Shown here piece after piece: positions 62,001-64,000 of a DNA stretch of 64,000 nucleotides. The stretch spans positions 320,001 to 384,000 of the forward strand of contig CAWDRG010000009.1 of NCBI GenBank assembly GCA_963804645.1, read 5' to 3'. How positions within the stretch are numbered: the first letter of the stretch is position 1; every line of letters starts with the position of its first letter. Below the pieces are notes generated by a model. That model did no database searches. It had not been told where the DNA came from and saw only the letters and a list, made by a program, of their open reading frames with translations. This DNA is from an uncultured Bacillota bacterium (GTDB lineage: Bacteria; Sysuimicrobiota; Sysuimicrobiia; Sysuimicrobiales; Segetimicrobiaceae). Both the position numbers and the translations under genes were made by a program.

Positions 62001-62255
62001 CTCTCGCCCCCTACATACCACGTGATCGCGTAGGTGCTGGTCTCGAGACGCCTGGGCATCGGGTCACCGGTGGCCCGCCGACGACTCAAGACCCTCGTCG
62101 CAATCACCGAACCGCTCGTCCAGGAATCCCATCCCGTCGGAGCCACCGACGTCGGGTGCGCCGCGCGTCGATGGCCGACGCACGGATCCGTCCAATGGGG
62201 ACCGTAGAGAGAACCGACGTACTCGCCGAATCCGCGCAGAGAATGGGTACGTCCA

Positions 62256-63203
62256 TCAATCGAACGCAAACACCCGCTTCCAATCACGCTTCATGTCAAC
62301 GACGGTCCAGCCGTGCGCGTGGGCTTCGTCGAGCGCCTTGTTGAGGGTTCCGAGGACGGCGCGCTCGTACGCGTATTCGCGCTCGGCGTCGGTGTGGTGA
62401 ATGAGTCCCATGAAGCGGGCGCCGGCACCTGCCGCCGTCCACTGCAACATCGGCAGATCGCCGTCGCTGTTGCCGAAAGCAAGAATCGGGCGGCGCCCGA
62501 TATACCGATAGATCGCGACCGGTTTGCCTGAGCCGTCGTCTACGAAGTTGATCTTGGCCTCTCGCATGAGCACGGGCTTGCCGTCCGGCCCCATCATAAA
62601 CTGGGTGACGCAGGACGAGCCGACCACTTGCTCGGGGGGAATGCCGTAGACGCGCTCGGCGAACGCGTACATGAACTCGATGCCGCCGCCCGACACGATG
62701 AAAGTCTTGAACCCATTGGCACGTAGATAGGTGAGCAGTTCAATCATCGGTTGGTAGACCACTGCACTGTACTCGCACTTGAATCTCAGATCACGCGCAC
62801 TGGCGAACCAATCTTTGACGATGCGCTGGAACTCCTCCGTGGTCATGCCGGCATGGGTGGCCCCGACCACATCAACGAGCCCGCGCTCACCCGACTGCGC
62901 GAGCGTCTTCAGATCCCCTTCGAGCGCCGCCTTGAATGGTTGCGTCTCCTTCCACTCGGGGTGCGCAGAGGCGAGCGCCTTCAGCCGGTCGAGCGCAAAC
63001 GCGAACTGGACCGGCACCGGCTGCTCGCACCAGAGCGTGCCGTCGTTGTCGAACGTGGCGATGCGTTCCTCGGGCCGCATGAAGTCCGGTCCGCCCTCAT
63101 GGGTCACCTTGGCGACATACTCGATGATGGCCTGTTTGCTCGCGCCATTGTTCCATGACGGAAGCGGATCGGACTGCGCCGGCGAACCGGCATTAGGACT
63201 CAT
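62256..63203 (-). CDS. HAD-family hydrolase (acid phosphatase-like)
   Basis: FDNDGTLWCEQP, IVSGGG, GNSDGD. Confidence 0.9.
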   Translation of the reverse strand: MSPNAGSPAQSDPLPSWNNGASKQAIIEYVAKVTHEGGPDFMRPEERIATFDNDGTLWCEQPVPVQFAFALDRLKALASAHPEWKETQPFKAALEGDLKTLAQSGERGLVDVVGATHAGMTTEEFQRIVKDWFASARDLRFKCEYSAVVYQPMIELLTYLRANGFKTFIVSGGGIEFMYAFAERVYGIPPEQVVGSSCVTQFMMGPDGKPVLMREAKINFVDDGSGKPVAIYRYIGRRPILAFGNSDGDLPMLQWTAAGAGARFMGLIHHTDAEREYAYERAVLGTLNKALDEAHAHGWTVVDMKRDWKRVFAFD

Positions 63204-63260
63204 CGCATCCCCAGGTGACGTGATGACCACCCCGCATAGTATGCCCCGCGCCCGCTGCAG

Positions 63261-63623
63261 TCACTCGCGCCAACCCTCTCGGTGTCGGAAGAAACCCGTG
63301 TTGCCGATCCTAAATACGTGCTCTTCCTGATAGGCTGGACACTGTTCCGCCTGGGCGGCGGAAATGCTCAACTGGACCGCGTGCTCGGTGATCCGCGCGA
63401 CCAACGCCGCCGACGCCATCCGGGGCGATGACCACAGACGATGTCGAAACCCGACGCCGTGGAAGATGTCCCGCTCGGGATCGCCGAGCGCGTGTGTCAC
63501 GTGGCCGATCGAGGTGCCGTCCGCCGCGAAGACCGGCATCCCGGTGGCAATCATCCGCCACGAAACGACGTCGTCGCTGTTGTCGCTGTTTGCAGGAGGC
63601 TCGTAGGAATCCGTCATATCCAC
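63261..63623 (-). CDS. PRC-barrel-like hypothetical protein
   Basis: 'GMPVFAADG..IG.V..' PRC-type motif. Confidence 0.55.
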   Translation of the reverse strand: MDMTDSYEPPANSDNSDDVVSWRMIATGMPVFAADGTSIGHVTHALGDPERDIFHGVGFRHRLWSSPRMASAALVARITEHAVQLSISAAQAEQCPAYQEEHVFRIGNTGFFRHREGWRE

Positions 63624-63691
63624 CGCTTCGCACGCGGCGTGTCATCGCCCTTCCACACCAGGCGCCCCGACTCCGGTGGGACCCGCGTCCC

Positions 63692-64000
63692 CTACCGCAG
63701 CGTGCTTGCAAATAACCCCGTCAGTTTCTCGAATGCACGCTCCGCCTGTGGTCGGTTGTACACAGGGCTGTCCGGCACTGTCCAACCGTGACGCGCACCC
63801 TCGTAGACCTCGCTCTCATACCGCCCGCCCCACGCTGCGAGCGCGCCGTCGAACTTCTTGATCGCCTCTTCAGGCATGCTGCGATCCTCAACCGCGTGGC
63901 CGAAATAGAGCCGGGCGCGGATGCGCGGCAACGCAAGATGCGGGCTGTCCGGGCTGTCGGTATAGAGCCCGCCGCCGTGAAAGGACGCGGCCGCGGTGAC
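63692..64000 (-). CDS. dienelactone hydrolase family protein (5' truncated by window)
   Basis: AAASFHGGGL.TD.PDSPH, YFGHA..D, YEGA.HGW. Confidence 0.85.
   Translation of the reverse strand, partial: VTAAASFHGGGLYTDSPDSPHLALPRIRARLYFGHAVEDRSMPEEAIKKFDGALAAWGGRYESEVYEGARHGWTVPDSPVYNRPQAERAFEKLTGLFASTLR

Noticed and set aside
1..64000. tRNA or rRNA genes
   Set aside because: No cloverleaf or rRNA-like segments recognised by eye; tRNAscan-SE and barrnap would confirm

Overview
High-GC bacterial chromosomal segment. Gene order is Terrabacteria-like (T-box/metG, DUF4446, DUF951, ychF, rpsF-ssb-rpsR-yybS-rplI-dnaB), yet it encodes an outer-membrane secretin and a DnaK with the diderm-type N-terminal insert. 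This suggests a diderm Terrabacteria lineage (inference). Positions 1-52.9 kb are mostly core genes: thrB/lysC, Met T-box plus metG, a Tad/Flp pilus locus, the glycine cleavage operon, pheA, a lexA operon, trxA, an hspR-hsp20-dnaK-grpE-dnaJ(frameshifted)-clpB operon, a 5xGAF diguanylate cyclase, ychF, an intact IS256, ribosomal protein genes and an intein-containing dnaB whose promoter carries an SOS box. The most striking feature starts 24 bp after the dnaB stop codon: a tandem array of cargo cassettes (sulfatase; six-blade propeller protein; an ~82-bp empty unit; TMTC-like TPR protein; hydrolases). Each is bounded by TGTAGGA...TCCTACA inverted ends with TTGCYAAGATA sites at conserved spacing, and no cognate transposase or recombinase is in the window. 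This is a candidate undescribed dnaB-targeted gene-capture or Tn7-like array. Also notable is a lexA-coupled cassette encoding a small membrane protein and a catalytically dead RNase H-fold protein with a clamp-binding-like tail. All product calls come from motif recognition, not database searches.
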